64,000 nucleotides of DNA, taken from Mobula hypostoma. Taxonomy: Eukaryota. A program made the position numbers and the translations under genes. How positions within the stretch are numbered: position 1 is the stretch's first letter; the number at the start of each line of letters is the position of its first letter. The DNA lies in contig NC_086097.1 of the NCBI RefSeq assembly GCF_963921235.1, positions 160,458,001 through 160,522,000 on the forward strand. Direction: 5' to 3'. The notes below the pieces were generated by a model, which was not told where the DNA came from, did not search any database, and saw nothing but the letters and a program-made list of their open reading frames with translations. This document shows positions 38,540 through 51,019 of the stretch, one piece after another.

Positions 38540-41500
38540 ACCACAAGATGTAGGAGCAGAACTAGGCCAATTTGGCCCATCCATCATGGCTGATTTATTA
38601 TCCCTCTCAATTCCACTCTTCTGCACTCTCCCTGTAACATTTGATGCCTTGACTAATCAGGAACCTATCAACCTCCACTTTACAGAAACTCAGTGACTTG
38701 GCTTCCACATCCATCTGCTCTAAATGGACGTTCCTCTATTCTGCGGCTGTGCCCTATGGTCCGAGAATCAACCACTATATAAAAAGAAACATACTCCCCA
38801 CATCCGCACTATCCAGGCCTTTCAATATCCGATAGATTTCAATGAGATTCCATGTCATTCCCCACCCCACCCCACACCCACCATTCTTCTAGAGTCAGGC
38901 CCAGAGCCAAACAGTCCTCATACATTAACCCTTTCATTCCTGGAATTATTCTCATGAACCTCCTCTAGTCCCGTTCCAATGCCAGCACATCTTTTCTCAG
39001 ATAAGGAGCCCACAACTGCTCACAATACCCCAAGTGTGGTCTGACTAATGTCTTTTAAAGCTTGAACATTACATCCTTGCTCTTATATTTAGTCCTCTCA
39101 AAATGAATGCTAATATTGCATTTGCCTTCCTCATCACCAGCTCAACTTACAAGTTAACCTTTAGAGAATCCTGCACATAGACTCCAAGTCTGATTTTTGG
39201 ATTCCACCCCCCCCCCGCCATTTAGAAAATAGTCTTTATTCCTTCTATCAAAGTGCATGACCATACATTTCACAACACTATATTCCATCTGCCACTTCCT
39301 TGCCCATTCTCTCAATCTGTCCAAGTCCTTGCAGACTCCTTGCTTCCTCAACACTAACTGTACCACCATCTATCTTTGTATTATTTGCATACCTGGCAAC
39401 AAAAGACATCATTCCATCATCCCAATCATTGCAAATAATGTGAAATGAAGAAGTTCCAAAAGCAACTCCCACGACACATCATCAGTTACCAGCAGCCAAC
39501 GAGAAAATGAAATCTTATTCCCACTCTCTGTGTCCTGCCAGTCAGCTAATCTTCTATCTGTACTGGTATCTTACCTGTAATACCTTGAGATTTTAATCTT
39601 GTTAAGCAGCCTCATGTGCGGCACCTTGTCAAAGGCTGTCTGAAAATACAAGTAAACATCCATTGACTCTCCCTTCTTTACCCTGCTTGTTATTTCCTCA
39701 AAGAAACCATAGAAACTACAGCACAGAAACAGGCCTTTTGGCCCTTCTTGGCTGTGCCGAACCATTTCCTGCCTAGTCCCACTGACCTGCACACGGACCA
39801 TATCCTTCCATACACCTCCCATCCATGTATCTGTCCAATTTATTCTTAAATGTTAAAAAAGAACCTGCATTTACCACCTCATCTGGCAGCTCATTCCATA
39901 CTCCCACCACTCACTGTGTGAAGAAGCCCCCACTAATGTTCCCTTTAAACTTTTCCCCCCTCACCCTTAACCCATGTCCTCTGGTTTTTTTCTCCCCTTG
40001 CCTCAGTGGAAAAAGCCTGCTTGCATTCACTCTATCTATACCCATCATAATTTTATATACCTCTATCAAATCTCCCCTCATTCTTCTACGCTCCAGGGAA
40101 TAAAGTCCTAACCTATTCAACCTTTCTCTGTAACTGAGTTTCTCAAGTCCCAGCAACATCCTTGTAAACCTTCTCTGCACTCTTTCAACCTTATTTATAT
40201 CCTTTCTGTAATATGGTGACCAAAACTGAACACAATACTCCAGATTCGGCCTCACCAATGCCTTATATAACCTCATCACAACATTCCAGCTCTTATACTC
40301 AATACTTTGATTAATAAAGGCCAATGTATCAAAAGCTCTCTTTACGACCCTATCTACCTGTGACGCCACTTTTAGGGAATTTTGTATCTGTATTCCCAGG
40401 TCCCTCTGTTCCACTGCACTCCGCAGTGCCCTACCATTAACCCTATATGTTCTACGTTGGTTTGTCCTTCCTCACACTTGTCAGTATTAAACTCCATCTG
40501 CCATTTTTCAGCCCATTTTTCCAGCTGGTCCAAGTCCCTCTGCAGGCTCTGAAAACCTTCCTCACTGTCTACTACACCTCCAATCTTTGTATCATCAGCA
40601 AACTTGCTGATCCAATTTACCACATTATCATCCAGATCATTGATATAGATAACAAATAACAATGGACCCAGCACTGATCCCTGTGGCACACTACTAGTCA
40701 CAGGCCTCCACTCAGAGAAGCAATTCTCTACCACCACTCTCTGGCTTCTTCCATCGAGCCAATGTCTAATCATATTTACCACCTCTCCATGTATACCTAG
40801 CGACTGAAATTTCCTAACTAACCTCCCATACGGGACCTTGTCAAAGGCCTTACTGAAGTCCATGTTGACAATATCCACTGCCTTCCCTTCATCCACTTTC
40901 CTGGTAACCTCCTCCAAAAACTCCAACAGATTGGTCAAACATGACCTACCACGCACAAAGCCATGTTGACTCTCCCTAATAAGTCCCAGTCTATCCAAAT
41001 GCTTGTAGATTCTGTCTCTTAGTACTCCCTCCAATAACTTACCTACTACCGACGTTAAAGTTACTGGCCTATAATTTCCTGGATTACTTTTTGATCCTTT
41101 TTTAAACAATGGAACAACATGAGCCACTCTCCAATCCTCCGGCACCTCACCTGTAGACAGCGACATTTTAAATATTTCTGCCAGGGCCCCTGCAATTTCA
41201 ACATTAGTCTCCTTCAAGGTCTGAGGGAACACCCTGTCAGGTCCCGGGGATTTATCCACTTTAATTTTCCTCAAGACAGCAAGGACCTCCTCCTTTTTGA
41301 CTGTACAGTTTCCATGATCTCACTACTTGTTTCCCTTAATTCCATAGACTCCATGCCAGTTTCCTTCGTAAATACAGACGCAAAAAACCTATTTAAGATC
41401 TCCCCCTTTTCCTTTGGTTCCGCACATAGCCGACCACTCTGATCTTCAAGAGGACCAATTTTATCCCTTACAATCCTTTTGCTCTTAATATACCTGTAAA

Positions 41501-43100
41501 AGCTCTTTGGATTATCCTTCACTTTGACTGCCAAGGCAACCTCATGTCTTCTTTTAGCCCTCCTGATTTCTTTCTTAAGTATTTTCTTGCACTTCTTATA
41601 CTCCTCAAGCACCTTATTTACTCCCTGCTTCCTATACACGTCATACAACTCCCTCTTCTTCTTTATCAGAGTTGCAATATCCCTTGAGAACCAAGGTTCC
41701 TTATTCCTATTCACCTTGCCTTTAATCCTGACAGGAACATACAAATTGTGCACTCTCAAAATTTCTCCTTTGAAGGCTTCCCACCTACCGATCACATCCA
41801 TGCCTGAGAACAACCTGTACCAATCCACGCTTTTTAGATCCTTTCTCATTTCTTCAAATTTGGCCTTCTTCCAGTTAAGAACCTCAACCCTAGGACCAGA
41901 TCTATCCTTGTCCATGATCAAGTTGAAACTAATGGTGTTATGATCACTGGAACCAAAGTGCTCCCCTACACAGACTTCTGTCACTTGTCCTAACTCGTTT
42001 CCTAACAGGAGATCCAATATTGCATCCCCTCTAGTTGGTCCCTCTATATATTGATTTAGAAAACTTTCCTGAACACATTTTACAAACTCTAAACCATCTA
42101 GAGCCCTAACAGTATGGGAGACCCAAACAATATACGGAAAATTAAAATCCCCTACCACCACAACTTTATGTTTCCTGCAGTTGCCTGCTATCTCTCTGCA
42201 GATTTGCACTTCCAATTCTCTTTGACTATTGGGTGGTCTGTAATACAATCCCACTAATGTGGCCATACCTTTCCTGTTTCTCAGCTCCACCCACAAGGAC
42301 TCAGTAGACAAGCCCTCTAATCTGTCCTGCCTGAGCACTGCTGTAATATTTTCCCTTACAAGCAATGCCACTCCCCCACCTTTCATTCCTCTGCCTTGAT
42401 CACATCTGAAACATCGGAACCCTGGAACATTAAGCTGCCAGTCCTGCCCCTCCTGTAGCCAAGTTTCACTAATTGCTACAACGTCATAATTCCACGTGTC
42501 AATCCACGCCCTCAACTCATCCGCCTTCCCCGCAATACTCCTAGCATTGAAATATATATAAGAATTCCAACAGATTTGTCAGGCAAGATTCCCCTTAAGG
42601 AAACTATGCTGACTTTGGAAGCACATGATAAATAGGCCAAGTACCCCAAAATCTCACCATAATAAAGGATTCCAAGATCTTCCCAGCCACTGAAGTCAGG
42701 CTAACTGGCCTATAATTCTTCTTTTTGCCTTCTTCCCTTCTTGAAGAATGGAATGACAATTGCAGTGTTCCAGTCCTCCGAAACCATTCCAGAACCTCGT
42801 GATTCTTGAAAGATAGTTACTAATGCCTCTACAATCTCTTCAACTACCTCTTTCAGGACACTGGGGTATAGTTCATCACCCCACCAGGTGACTCACCTAC
42901 TTTCAGACCTTCCAGCTTTCTCAGCACCTTCTCCTTTTAATAACAATGACACTCACTTCTGCCTCTGATACCCTTGAATTTCTGGAATACCACTGGTGTC
43001 TTCCACAGTGATGATTGAGGCAAAATACTTAGTAAGTTTATTCACCATTTCTTTGTCCTCTATTACTAGCTCTCCAGCATAATTTTCCAGATATAGACCA
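38540..43100 (-). mobile_element. Older CR1 ORF2 relic, interrupted by a younger CR1 at ~39707-42555
   Basis: WQMEYSVVKC and AFDKVPH on the left; continues at 42559 (HSFLKG, NYRPVSLTSV). Confidence 0.75.
39707..42555 (-). mobile_element. Young CR1, ORF2 almost intact, 5'-truncated
   Basis: Three long overlapping ORFs (41271-42515 EN, 40372-41274 RT with FADDTK, 39911-40414 C-terminus); probable AAGAA TSD. Confidence 0.92.
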
Positions 43101-43842
43101 AAAAAAAACAAAAAAAAAACAAAAAGATTTGAGTCCAAATCCCACAGTATGTGGGATTTATATTTAATTTAGCACTATTGCTTCTTTACTATTCTGTCCA
43201 TGTCCTAGAGCTCCATACACACCATCACATTAGGAGTGTATTTCTTTCTCTCCTCCTTTCTAATGCATTCTTTCAGAATTGGTGATCATTGAACAAAGAA
43301 GGCAAGACAGCTGCTATATTTTATTAGGAATTTGAAGAGATTTGGTATGTCAACAAATACACTCAAAAACTTCTATAGATAGTAGTGCAGCCTGCACTTG
43401 TTATCTTTCAACCTTATATGCTTCACATTGTAAAAAGAATGTGTTCAACTGTTTCATGATGACAAAACTTATGCACCCCAGAGTAATGTTTTCCAACACA
43501 ATACAAGGAATAATTAAGCATATTATACCCAATTCTTAGTCAAGTCAATACAATTCCTTCCCTTCTTATTTTATCCCCTTCTCCCTTCAATCCAACAGTT
43601 TTATGTATTCTCTAAAGGTGTCTGCCCTTATGCCCATTATCACTCAAGTCTTGCCATAATTGCCTAATTCTTAGCCCCACCAACCCCTTAGCTTCTGATT
43701 TGCTCATTGGAAGGTCTCTATCCACAGCTGAACTTTCAACAGCTTTTTTGGCCAAACAATCAACCTGTTCATTCCCCTCAGTACCTCTATATTTCTTTAT
43801 TTTTACCTGCAATTCAGGCACAAAAGCAACAATACCTACTTT

Positions 43843-44160
43843 TGATACATCAAGAAAAACACTTAAAAACTTCTATAGATGTACCGTGGAGGGCATTCTG
43901 ACAGACTGCATCACTGTTTGGTATGGGGGTGGGGGGGGGGGTGGTGGTTACTGCACAGGACCAAAGGAAGCTGTAGAGGGTCCTCAACTTAGTCAGTTCT
44001 ATCTTGGGTACTAGTCTACAAAGTGCCCAGGACATCTTCAAGGAGTGGTGTCTCAGCACTCAGGGCATGTCCTTTTCTCACTGTTACCATCAGGTAGGAG
44101 GTATAGAAGCCAGAAGACACATACTCAGCGATTCAGGAACAGCTTCTTCCTCTCTGCAGA
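43843..44160 (+). mobile_element. Rex1/Babar 3' fragment
   Basis: LKNFYRCTVEGILTDCITVWYG; LFSLLPSGRRYRS; closely resembles 35900-36250. Confidence 0.75.
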
Positions 44161-44167
44161 TCGATAT

Positions 44168-46191
44168 ACCATATACCAGCCTGGTAGTTGGCTCGCTGTG
44201 CAAGTTTTGTTAAGCAGTCCTTGCATGGTGGGAGTTGATGACTTTCAATTTCACCTTTTTCGGCACAGAAAAGGTGATACCTGAGCTCATTGACCTTGGT
44301 GGTCGATGCTTTTGGGGCATACAGGAGACTTGTAAATGCCTCCAGTTTGTCCATCAGTTCTGGGGAGAGGTCCTATTCCTGACCCAACTCTAAGAATTTG
44401 TCCTGAGTTTCCCTGTTGCTGGTCAGAAGTTTTAAGGGCACTTGTCTTCCCTTTGCCTGCAAAAGTGTTTACAGTGTCACATCCTATATATGCGTGCAAC
44501 TCGATGAGAGCCCTACAACCCTCTATGCCAACAGTGGCAGCAACCTTCCTGATGTCTACCAGCCTTGTACAGGTTCTAGTGCCACACTTCTGGAACAATG
44601 GGGCCTCAATCTTGTCACAAAATGATGAAGACATCTGTGTCTTCTGAGCAGATCACTACAGACTGGTATCCTCTCTTGTGGCATGGGCAGCATGGAGAAG
44701 TAGGCGGCCATCTGCTTCTCCTTGTTGACACTGAAGAGCTGACACCTCCTCACTGTCTTGAGATGTGATTCTGTACATTTGTCATTCACAGTTGCATACA
44801 GAATCTTTTACTGTGGCTTTGCTCTGTACTCCGCCTTCCTCCATTCATGGACTATGAAGCTAATGAGACTACTTTTGTTACTGACTTTGGTCAGGAAGCT
44901 CCTCCACTGCCTCACCATCTGTGTGCCTGTGATACCTTGCAACTCATGACCCGTCTCTTCACCCTGTAGAGATCTTTCACTATTCCTGATAGAGTTCTCC
45001 TTGTATGTGTCGAACACAACATCTATTCTGCTACTCTGACTGCCTTCCCTCAGAGCCATACCCAGAATTGTTGTGGCGACATCTCTGAAAGTAACTTGAT
45101 CACCTTTCACTCTTTGGACCAAGTTCATTCCATCAACCACTATAGCAGAGTTTCCTGGGAGTTGCTCTTCTTCTGCTACATTTTTCTGCAAGGTTGTGGC
45201 TAAAGTAGCCTTATTTGTCTTTCTCAGCAAGCCTTCTGGTGGGGACAGGGCCCAGGGCAATGGTTCAAGGGGATGAAAAAGTATATCCTCCATACGTAGA
45301 CTGCGCCCTTGTGCAATCACTATGATGCGTCCAAACAAAGACCTGTCTGCTTTCAAGATGATCACCCTCCCATTTGATTTCACTTCTCTCTTCTTACAGA
45401 TTTCACTGAATGTTTTTGGCTGTTGGTTTTCATTGGGTCATGGAATTTCTTTGCTGGTGGGTCTTCCTCTAGTCTCTCATCCTTGAAGGTTGCATAGCAT
45501 TGCTCACCAATCTCATATGCCTTCATCAGGTCAGAGGCAATGTCCTTGGGGGCTGCCTTTGCCGTAGAGATGCTAATGAGGTCCCGCTTCTCTGCAAATG
45601 GGTTGACTCATTCATGTATGGGGCTAACCACTGCTGAAACTGCTTCCTCATCTTTCTGGATTCTTGGCCGCTGAAGCTCCACATGACAAAGCTCTGATTT
45701 GTTGCCTTGCACCATCTCCCTTAACTGTCCCAGGAAAGCACTGTGGTGCTCGGCTGTTATGTAGTAACGCTTGATAGCTCCAGCATTCAGGTTGAACCGT
45801 GATGTGCCTCCAGGAGTCTATGTGTCTTTGTTCACTGTGGCTTCAATAGCCTGGTCCACAGGGATCTGCCCAAAGGGGTTGTTACTTGACAGTTGCACTG
45901 AGAATTAGCCTGTCTTGAAGGCCTTATACACAGAAGGATTCTTCTCTGAGAGGTTCATCATCTGAGCAAATTAAGGGGACAGGTACCTGGCATAATTCAT
46001 CTTACCATAGGCAAAGCACCATGGGATCATGGTTCTTATAGCATGGAGGTTACCATGCAAGCTACCACCACTGCAATGCTATCACATATTTTCGAGCAAA
46101 AGGGGTGTATACCTTGCCAAAAATCACTATAAGAATTATTCCCCCCAGATGGTACCAGTGACCCAAATTTGGGGTCCTGGCTCACGAACTA
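44168..46191 (-). mobile_element. Second Academ (XPG-type) derivative, one TIR only
   Basis: Collinear and highly similar to 28808-30622; terminus GGCTCACGAACTA; VVDGMNLVQ, RIDVVFDTY, GCDTVNTFAGKGK. Confidence 0.82.
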
Positions 46192-49100
46192 AATTATTGT
46201 TTAATCAATAATGGTTCATGTATCACAATAATGTTCCTTAAAGTATTGATGAACCAACAGATTGTCAGGAAATCAGGATCCTTGGTAAATCATAACCCAA
46301 AATCAAATAAAGTCATTGGAAAAACCAAGTTGGGGTTACCAAAAAAGCTACAGTAGGACATACTGCATAATCCAGCAAACTCATATTCCTAGCGGCATAG
46401 GAACCCAGCCACCCAAGACTAAAAACACTCTTGTGCTTTTCCCAACAGCCTTCCAACACACTTTTCTCTGTCCCTTCAGATTAATCCAGTATGGTAACAT
46501 CAATTTCAGCCTCTGTTAACTGTAAGGGTAATTGTCCCATTTCCATCAGTAAATCCGAAACCGGAAACAACCTTACTGCACCACACAGTCTTAAAGCCTG
46601 AAGCTTGTATCACATCCAAACATTTTAAATTTGAAGATCAAACTGATCCACAAGCCACACAGCCATGATCAAATACAGATCTAATTAAACAAATACAAAT
46701 GGTCAACAGAAATTTTTGTGTGCACCCTAAAGAACACCCACATACACATCTAAGGATATTTAATGCTCCTTTACAGTTATCAATTACTTTACTAATATAG
46801 TGCTTCCATGTCAGCTTTTTTATCCAGCTATAGGCCGAGAAATCTTACCACTGACACTCCTTCATACAATTTGAAATCAAATGCGGGACTATTGATCCTC
46901 TTTGTGAAACGCATAACTTGTGTTTCAGCCACTGAAAATTTAAAACCACATCTATTTGCCCACTGTTTGACCTTATGAGTCACTAATTGCATCCAAAATA
47001 CAGTTAAATTGAAATTACTACCTCCGACCCATAAAGCTCCATCATCTGCAAAAAGTGATTTACTGACTCCAGTCCCTCTATCAGGGAGAATAACATTAAT
47101 CATAATATTAAACAGTAAAGGGCTACAAATACTGCCGTGTTGGGTCCCATTCTCTATCTCATAGAAGCTTGAATACACCTTACCTATCCTTACCTGCATT
47201 GACAAGCCAAATAAAAAACACTCAGGGGAAAAAAATGAAACATTGCTCCTGTCATTCCTAATTTCTATAATTTAGTCAAGAGACCTTTCCTCCATAAAAC
47301 ATCGTATGCTTTTTCAGTATCAAAAATACTGCTATTACAACTTCTTTATTTACCTGCGCTTTCCTAATACCATCTTCCAAACACAAAACCGAATCCAATA
47401 TCAGTATACCCTTCGGAAATCTGCTCTGATAAAATGTTACACCGCCTCCTTTTTTCCAAAATATAATTCAACCGCTCTATTACCATACGTTCCATAAGTT
47501 TACACAAATAGGACGTTAATGACATTGGTCTACAACTAGAAGGATCCAACAGGGGTGTCCCAGGTTTGAGAATAAGCACTACTACTACCATTTTCCATGA
47601 GGAGGGAAGATGGCCTAAACTCCAAATATGGTTCAAAAATTTATTATCTCAAGAGAGTTGTCAGCCATATGTTTGAACATATAATAACATATATCATCCT
47701 TTCCTGGAGCCATCTGACCTGTACTATTAGTAGCTTTCTTAAATTCACACAAAGAAAACCAAACATCACTAATCCTATCAAAGCTGGCTTCCAACATATC
47801 AGGGTATTCACTTAGAGTCTTATCCCTACATTATTTAGCCTCTTCACTTCAATTATCTTAATTATGAATGGCAGCAAATGACCGAGCCAGTAACTTAACC
47901 TTCTCTATTTCAGTAACAACCTTCTTTAATCAATACTGGAATGTTATTAGCCCTATGAATTTCAACCCCCCCCCCCATCATTTTCCTAAGCATTCCCCAA
48001 ACATCTCCAAGTTTAATATGCCTTCCAATACTATCACAATGCAACCTCCAGTAAACCTTTTTCCACAACCTTCGCTACTTTCCTCACCACAGCCTGTGCC
48101 CTTTCATACTTAGTAAGGTCACTTGGAGAGTGGTACTTCTCAACTTTATTCTGTGCACCTTATTTCTCTCCTTAATTGCCTCTGCACACTCCTCAGTCCA
48201 CCATGGTACAGCCTTTCTCCCAATAGCAATCACTTCCACCGCAGTTTGATGAATAAAGTGACATTACCTTTCATTGTAGAAATCCACATCATTCTCAGGA
48301 TTCAGCCCTGACAGATGTTCATCACATAAAACCTTAAACTTCTCCCAATTTATTTAACCAGAATTCCACCTCCTAAAAGTGGCCTCCTGTCCCCAAGATA
48401 AATCCAAACCCAAACTTATAAATATAGGAAAATGATCACTCCCCAATGTTTCATCTCCCATGACATCCCACTCGATCACTCCCGCCAGAATGTTCAAAAC
48501 TAAAGTTAAATCTATAGCAGTTTCAGAATTATTATGAACATTAAATCTCATACCCCTCCCATCATTAAGACACACAAGGTAGGAAACATGTAAAAATTCA
48601 TCTAGTCAAACCATTACCGTCATTCCACGAACAAGCCCACAATGAACTAAAATCCCCACACCATACAACCCTTAGTAAGCTAGAGCTACATATGCTTTCC
48701 AACAAATCAATCTAAAGCTTTCCAAAGAGAGTTGTAAAAATTTGCCACTGTAATACCCCAACCTGTTGAATCAAATCTTTCTACTACCAGTGCTTCATAC
48801 ACTTCATTCACATCCGCAAATCTATATCCCATCTCATTTTTTTATAAAACTTGGAAACCACTCCCTCTACTAACTAATCTATCATGCCCAATCACAATAT
48901 AAGCCTGCAAAGAAAAACTTAAATTGGTAATAACCAGGTTTTCTGAATACATATAACATTGGGTGGATTTGATAAATCAGAAATAAACTTCCTAAAGTCT
49001 TGATCATTAGAAATCAGGCTTCTCACATTCCACTGCAATATTCTTAATCCAATTATTTACCTTCACAAGGAGACTGAAATACAAATACCCTACTCATCAG

Positions 49101-50409
49101 AGCTTCATTTACAGTTTCCTAAATAACACCAGTTAGACCAAGATACTTTTCAGCAGCTTTAACAATAATTTTATTTTTCTCTGTATAACTAGATGTCTGA
49201 GCGGTAGAATTCACCACATCCATTATAAACATCACAAACTTCATTTTATCAACTGATAAAGTATCTTTTCCAAGAGAAATATGATGCTGACATATAGACT
49301 ATGACTTTACATTCTGTTTTCTGATGGTTAATATTTTATCAACATTCGATATAACTTTTTGCAAGAGCTCTGCGTAAAACACACCTAACTGTACTTCAAC
49401 CTGTTGAACTTCAGCTGCCTCCCTAAGCACTTCACATCCTCTATGCTGCACTATGTTCTCCTCCGCAATTACAACAATTAAACTTTACGCCTTCATGGTC
49501 TTCTTACGCATGTTCCACACCACACTTACTACATCTTAGTTTTCCCACAACATACTGCCGCGACATGCCCAAACTTCTGACGTTTGTTACATCTAAGTGG
49601 GGGTGGAATGTAAGCTCATACATTATAACTAGCATACCCCAAACTAACTTTATCAGGGAGCTTCACCTCATCAAAATATATCAATGCAGATAAACTTTCC
49701 ATCCTTTCCAAATTTCTGACTACTCGCAATCTCTTTACCTATTTAAAATTGCCTCCCAATAAATGAGATTTACCCTTTTCTATCAAAATCTCCACCGGAA
49801 CACCTATTATAACAGCCCTAATACCTCTTTTTTGTTAAAAAGGCAAGATAGATACTATCTTTTTGCCAAGTAAAGTCTTCAAACATAATGCTTCTCACAC
49901 TATTTCTTATCCTACAAACAATTAAGACATTACCTCCTTTAAAAATACGAGCAAAATCTCTATTCCCTACAGAAGATTTTAACTCTGTAGTTAATTTAAT
50001 GGAATTGATAGAAGAGGACTGTCCCAGGTCAAATTTAAACAATACCTTGAAGTCTTCTTTCTTTTTTAAAAAAAAATCCCACCCTTCATCTCCATCACTT
50101 AAAACCATTCAATTTTGTGTTTCTTCTTCTGTTTTCCAGATCAACTTCATTCCATCCTCCTGGTAACCTTCATTCACCTGAATCTTCGCAGTTTCTTTTC
50201 CAGCTCTTCCTCCTACCTGATCCTCTACTATTTCCCAATGTCCCCACACTATTCACAACCAGCACCGCCAACCACCACTCCTCCTTCATTGAGCCGAGCC
50301 CAAGTCAGCCACCGACTGTGACTGCGACCATAACCATAACCATAACTGTAACCGTAATCTAACCAAACCAAACCACAGCCAATTCCAGTGATTGGACCTT
50401 CCAGATACC

Positions 50410-50748
50410 AATTTATTTTTACTACAATCAATTGAAACACCTTGACTGCACACAGTTGATCTCCATTTAACTAATGATGTGACTTCTAAAACCAATTGGC
50501 TGCACCTGTGGTGATATGGCGTGCCATATTAAAAGGGATGGTGAATACTTATGCAATCAATTATTTTGTGTTTCATATTTGTAATTAATTTAGATCACTT
50601 TGTAGAGATTTCTTTTCACCTCAATATGAAAGTCTTTTTTTCTGCTGATCAGTGACAAAAAAGCCAAATTAAATCTACTGTGATACAATGTTGTAAAGCA
50701 ATAAAACATAAAAGCTTCCAAGGGGGTGAATGCTTTTTATAGGCACTG
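50410..50748. mobile_element. Tc1/mariner terminal fragment
   Basis: Ends GGGGGTGAATGCTTTTTATAGGCACTG|TA; internal direct repeat GGTGAATACTT, as in IR/DR-type Tc1. Confidence 0.7.
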
Positions 50749-51019
50749 TATCTTCATATCCTCTGCAAACTTTGCAACAAAGCCATCAATTTCTTGATCC
50801 AGATCATTGACAGGGAGAGAGAGAACCTGTGGGTTGTTGAATTCGGATGAAATGCGAAGCTTTTGGGGTAACTGCAAGGTCTGTGTATTTGCAATCGCTT
50901 AGCACACACTTGGGCTCGGTGACTGGACCGATGCACATTTATTTTTGCTGGTGGAGGGAGGGGGATTGTTGCTTGCTGCCATTTATGCACCTTCTGTCTA
51001 GTTATGGCAACTTCATGCA

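Larger units (their letters stand above)
43385..50400 (-). mobile_element. Nimb/I-group LINE relic (gag-like ORF1, EN, RT, RNase H, zinc finger), interrupted at 43843-46191
   Basis: ORF1 YIPPPLRC..QKFGHVAAVC knuckles (~49440-49620); EN ILQWNVRSL, AIDLTL, LGSDHFPI; RT GSICSPLLFNIMIN, LFADDGALW; RNase H GNEQVDCLAK; ETVEHIL finger near 43450. Confidence 0.78.

Noticed and set aside
50316..50375. Short tandem repeats (CCATAA)n / (CCAAA)n as a telomere-like or CRISPR-like array
   Set aside because: Simple low-complexity run at the Nimb 5' end; not TTAGGG and no spacers.
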